A stretch of DNA of 64,000 nucleotides from a virus, in IMG/VR virus record IMGVR_UViG_3300015063_000003, positions 7,279-71,278 of that record; one strand, 5' to 3'. Shown here one piece after another: positions 60,526-64,000 of this stretch. Below the pieces are notes generated by a model. The model saw nothing but the letters and a program-made list of their open reading frames with translations. It searched no databases and was not told where the DNA came from. Every line of letters begins with the position of its first letter. Within the stretch, counting starts at the first letter, position 1. Position numbers and translations under genes: made by a program.

Positions 60526-61836
60526 CTAGGTAATCTTGACCGCTCGCGGCCCCGTGAAGACAAAAGGCCCGCTGGAAACCTGACCCGCTACGGTAGTCGC
60601 CGTCGGGATCGGGATGGCGTTGTTCGGATCGTTGATCTGGCACGTATCCCCGTCGATCGTCAGCGTCGTCACGACGACACTCGCCGGCTGGACGACCTGG
60701 CTCGCGTCAACGTTTGACGACTTCTGCACGTTCAACACGCTCAGCGTCATCGGCTGCGTGATCGTTAGTTGGCAGCCGTTGATGACGGAGACGCTCGCGT
60801 AGTTGCCGTTCAGGCAAGACAGCGTCACCGTGGCGTTATTCCTCGCGACGACCGTCGGTGTGTCGAACAGCGTGCTCGTCCCGCCAGTTATCGTGATCGT
60901 ACCGCCGCCGCCCGTGCCAGAGAACGCACAACCCTGGCCGCAATCGAGCGTCCCACCCGCTCCGACAGTCGCCGAGTTTAGCGTTGCTCCGTAAGGGGTA
61001 ACCTCGGTCGGCAACATACACACACCGACGCTCACACCGACGGTGTTGATCGTGTTCTGGCCATGGCTGCCAAGAAATCGGACCGAGTACGCATCAGCCG
61101 GCGACCCCGCCGCGATGACGTTCAGATTCGTGCGGTAGCTCTGCATGTCGTACCGCTCGCGGGTCGGACCCGTGCCACTGCCAGCCGCACCGGCGCCCAG
61201 CACCATCGAGAATGCCGCGATGGCTGGATTGATGTTGCTCGCGAGTTGGAGATACGTTGGGAAATATTCGACGTAGCCAAGAGGATTATTCTCCGGCAAG
61301 CCAACCGTGCCCGTGAAAGACTGATATCGCGTGTAACTGTTGAGCAAAACGCCATTGAGGCTGGTGAGGTTCCACAAGAGCGGCACGCTCGTGTTGGCGA
61401 TGACCATGTCGTCCCCGTTCTGCGGTAGCTGGCTCACGCCAGAGCGAAGCCAGTTCGCAGCGTTGGAGACGTCGCTCTGGCTGGAGTTTGCCGTCGTCGT
61501 CGTCAGCGTGCACGTCGCCCCGCCCGATTGAGACTTCGTGACCGTAAACGGCGTCCCAGTCGTGGATGCCGTGAGCGTGATGATGGCTGTGCCGCTCGTG
61601 TACGAGAACGTGATGATACTGAACTCTGCGGGTATGCCTTGAGCCGTGAGCAGGGCGTATAACGACGCTGCGGCTGTGATCGCGGTGTCGCCAGAGACGC
61701 AGGTGTAGGAGATGACCTTGCTGCTATTAAGGCCGGTGAGCAAAGAGATGACGCCGCCGATCGCGACGCTGTTGATGGTGAGCGTTGCGACTTGGCTGAT
61801 ATTCTGGCCTGCCCCAATCCAATTTACGGTCGGCAT
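60526..61836 (-). CDS. Thr/Ser-rich beta-helical virion protein
   Basis: 436 aa; NWIG...WLRSGV.P.NGDD and stacked beta repeats. Confidence 0.6.
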   Translation of the reverse strand: MPTVNWIGAGQNISQVATLTINSVAIGGVISLLTGLNSSKVISYTCVSGDTAITAAASLYALLTAQGIPAEFSIITFSYTSGTAIITLTASTTGTPFTVTKSQSGGATCTLTTTTANSSQSDVSNAANWLRSGVSQLPQNGDDMVIANTSVPLLWNLTSLNGVLLNSYTRYQSFTGTVGLPENNPLGYVEYFPTYLQLASNINPAIAAFSMVLGAGAAGSGTGPTRERYDMQSYRTNLNVIAAGSPADAYSVRFLGSHGQNTINTVGVSVGVCMLPTEVTPYGATLNSATVGAGGTLDCGQGCAFSGTGGGGTITITGGTSTLFDTPTVVARNNATVTLSCLNGNYASVSVINGCQLTITQPMTLSVLNVQKSSNVDASQVVQPASVVVTTLTIDGDTCQINDPNNAIPIPTATTVAGQVSSGPFVFTGPRAVKIT

Positions 61837-61838
61837 CG

Positions 61839-62276
61839 CTACCCCTTGTGCTTGCCGTTCGATTGCTTCGCGTTATCCCGCTGCCGCGTCATCTCGTCCA
61901 GTTTCGCCTTGAGGCTAGCGATCTCGCCGTCCTTGAGCTTGCCATCCGTCGTCAGCACGTCGATATTGGCAAGCAACCCATCGACCTCGGCTTCCATCGC
62001 CCAAAACTGCTGCATCAACTCCTCCACGTAGCTACCGAGAATGTGCAACGGCGGAATGACCAACCTCGGGTCCGGCTCGTGGATGACGAGATACTGCGTG
62101 AGTTCGACGCTGCCTCCGGTCGGGATCGGGTGCGGAAACTTGAATTCGATCTGCCGCCGATCCTTGCCGCCGATCAACACCGGCACGATACGAAGGCGAA
62201 GTTGCAACTTCGGACGCGGGCGATCGGCGTGCGTCGCCTTGATTGCGTCGGGAACTTCGGCTGTGGCCGCACTCAT
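61839..62276 (-). CDS. hypothetical protein
   Basis: 145 aa, C-terminal coiled coil. Confidence 0.55.
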   Translation of the reverse strand: MSAATAEVPDAIKATHADRPRPKLQLRLRIVPVLIGGKDRRQIEFKFPHPIPTGGSVELTQYLVIHEPDPRLVIPPLHILGSYVEELMQQFWAMEAEVDGLLANIDVLTTDGKLKDGEIASLKAKLDEMTRQRDNAKQSNGKHKG

Positions 62277-62495
62277 TTAGACAACCCTCGTGTTCGCCGC
62301 GATCTTCTCTTGCCGCTCGCGGTACTGCCGCTGCCCATCCTGGGCTTCCTGGATGAAGACAGGTAACTCAGCCCTGGAAGCAGGCTTCGCGTCCGCTGCG
62401 GCTTGCTGGACGGCCGCAATACGCTGCGAATCCTGGCTCGCCTTCTGGAAGAGTTCTTGCTGACGGACCTGATCCTCGATTTCTTGCTTGGTCAT
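62277..62495 (-). CDS. hypothetical protein
   Basis: 72 aa helical. Confidence 0.5.
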   Translation of the reverse strand: MTKQEIEDQVRQQELFQKASQDSQRIAAVQQAAADAKPASRAELPVFIQEAQDGQRQYRERQEKIAANTRVV

Positions 62496-62713
62496 GAGTT
62501 CACCTTTGCTGGTCTCATTCTCCCAACATAGCGATGTTTGACTTTGAAACCATCATGCGATGACGGATTTCGTGGCCCGCACCTTCTCACATGCCAGTAT
62601 GCGAAAAGATGACCATTGCCAATCCCGACCGTCACCGAATCATCGCCATACTGCGATCTGAGATAAACTGACAGAGACTTCACGGCTTTCTCAATCGCCA
62701 GCATGGTCACCAT
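62492..62713 (-). CDS. hypothetical protein
   Basis: 73 aa overlapping TerL stop. Confidence 0.5.
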   Translation of the reverse strand: MVTMLAIEKAVKSLSVYLRSQYGDDSVTVGIGNGHLFAYWHVRRCGPRNPSSHDGFKVKHRYVGRMRPAKVNS

Positions 62714-64000
62714 CCGAATCGATCAGTAGCCGGGATCAAGATCTCCGGCATGTATTCTTCTTCGCGGCCGTCACCCTTGAGTTCGTCGGCTTTCCTGCCG
62801 AGAATCCCGGTCATATCGGCAACGTCGTCGTGCTCATCATCGTTACCCGTAAACGACGATACGCTATCACAATAATCGTCCAGCCATGAAGCTTCTTCGG
62901 GAAGCAAGATCAAACCGTTATCGCCGCGAATAATCGCTGGCTGAGCCCTGACGACTTTCGCTTTGCCGCTGATTGGCAACCGCTGGATCTCTGGAATCCG
63001 CCTCCTTCGTCTACACTCAAGGACCATGCCTTCCGAAAGCATGTCGTCATCGCCGACGACTATCGCCGGCCTGTGCTTAATGCAAAACTCTTCGAGGCGA
63101 AACGCGTTCTCGGCATGCCGAATTCGCTCATTCACGCAGTCAAGAATAAGCAATCTCCCGTCCGTTGTCAATGCCGCTGCACCAAAACACGTTCGGTCGC
63201 TCTCCTTCTTCTTGCCCATTGCCCAATCGACGGCCACGATGATCGTGCAATCGCTGCGGTGAATCGTCTCTCTGTAACCGCCACTTCTTGGAATGATGAA
63301 CCCATCGCCGATGTCGCGATATCGCTTCCACCCTGGGTAACTCGGCGGGATCGGCTTCGGACGAAACAGCAATCCTAATTCATCTTCTGGCTCTTGCTGC
63401 CAACACGCGTTGAACCAACGGCCACGCTTCTGCTTGATTCTTTGCAATCGCTCGAGGGGAACACGTTCCGGCCAAAGGGCATCGCCTTCTTTTCGCCCGA
63501 GAACGTCATTCGCCCCAGCTATCGCCTTGAACTTGAGCACCTTCCACTTCTCGCCCGTGTCCTTCGAGTCAGCGTAAATGCGGCCTGGAAGATCGCCCTT
63601 GCACCATCGCGTCGTGACCATCACGATTGGAGCGACGGGCCCAAGCCGTGAGTAAGCAACTGTAGTGTACCAGTCCCAATGAGCCTCGAGAATCGTCTGG
63701 CTCTGGGCTTGCTCGGCGTTTTTCAGCACATCATCGAGGATCAAGCAATCTGCCGCTCGGCCTGTCAGACCGCCGTGCAGACCCTTGCAGACCATGCCGC
63801 CATCGTGACCATCAATCGACCATTCATTCTTCGACTTCGTGTCTTGCCGCAATGTGATGCCGTGCGGTGAACCGAAACGCTGGATCACATCCTTGACCTT
63901 CCTGCCGAATGTGCCGCTGTACTTCTCCTCGTAGGACGCGAGAGCGATACGCATATGCGGGAAAAGTAAGAGCAACCATGCGGGGAAGTAGTGCGAGCAC
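62707..64000 (-). CDS. terL: terminase large subunit (5' part outside window)
   Basis: GGLTGRAADCLILDDVLK, TTRW..GDL.G, LWPER, QQEP, VAVDWA, HDDVAD. Confidence 0.93.
   Translation of the reverse strand, partial: CSHYFPAWLLLLFPHMRIALASYEEKYSGTFGRKVKDVIQRFGSPHGITLRQDTKSKNEWSIDGHDGGMVCKGLHGGLTGRAADCLILDDVLKNAEQAQSQTILEAHWDWYTTVAYSRLGPVAPIVMVTTRWCKGDLPGRIYADSKDTGEKWKVLKFKAIAGANDVLGRKEGDALWPERVPLERLQRIKQKRGRWFNACWQQEPEDELGLLFRPKPIPPSYPGWKRYRDIGDGFIIPRSGGYRETIHRSDCTIIVAVDWAMGKKKESDRTCFGAAALTTDGRLLILDCVNERIRHAENAFRLEEFCIKHRPAIVVGDDDMLSEGMVLECRRRRRIPEIQRLPISGKAKVVRAQPAIIRGDNGLILLPEEASWLDDYCDSVSSFTGNDDEHDDVADMTGILGRKADELKGDGREEEYMPEILIPATDRFGW

Noticed and set aside
1-64000. CRISPR array, integrase, transposase or rRNA
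   Set aside because: No regularly spaced repeats or diagnostic motifs seen; temperate versus lytic lifestyle cannot be decided from this window

Overview
The whole window reads as part of a large tailed-phage (or prophage) genome. Its host is probably a planctomycete (Gemmataceae-like), inferred from a TIGR02996-type peptide and an ILADALEEAGC-family protein. There are three blocks. (1) 0.1-2.75 kb, minus strand: small early/regulatory genes (HTH proteins, ParB). (2) 2.9-26.9 kb, plus strand: an unusually large modification cluster with three GT9 heptosyltransferase-like domains, two GT2-like enzymes, both halves of HldE/RfaE (the adenylyltransferase sits inside a GT/CTase/TylF triple fusion), RmlB, four methyltransferase domains, two radical SAM/SPASM enzymes, ThyX, XF1762/Mom-like and PAPS-reductase-like proteins, a DEDDh exonuclease and a tRNA-Met. 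(3) 26.9-64 kb, minus strand: virion module with partial TerL, a putative lysis region containing a papain-like protease interrupted by a mini-intein, Mu gpI-like protease/scaffold, decoration protein, major capsid, gp36 adaptor, neck, a tail chaperone with a -1 frameshift, tail tube, tape-measure-like protein, a displaced portal, a 1766-aa MuF polyprotein and Ser/Thr-rich fibre-like proteins. Best candidates for new biology: a phage-encoded heptose/methyl-sugar glycosylation system (possibly for the virion), an intein at a papain active site in a lysis region with no recognisable endolysin, and a modular MuF with an ART-like domain. No integrase, CRISPR array or reverse transcriptase was seen. 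All family calls come from motif recognition by eye, not database searches, and several starts are re-assigned from RBS or stop/start overlaps.
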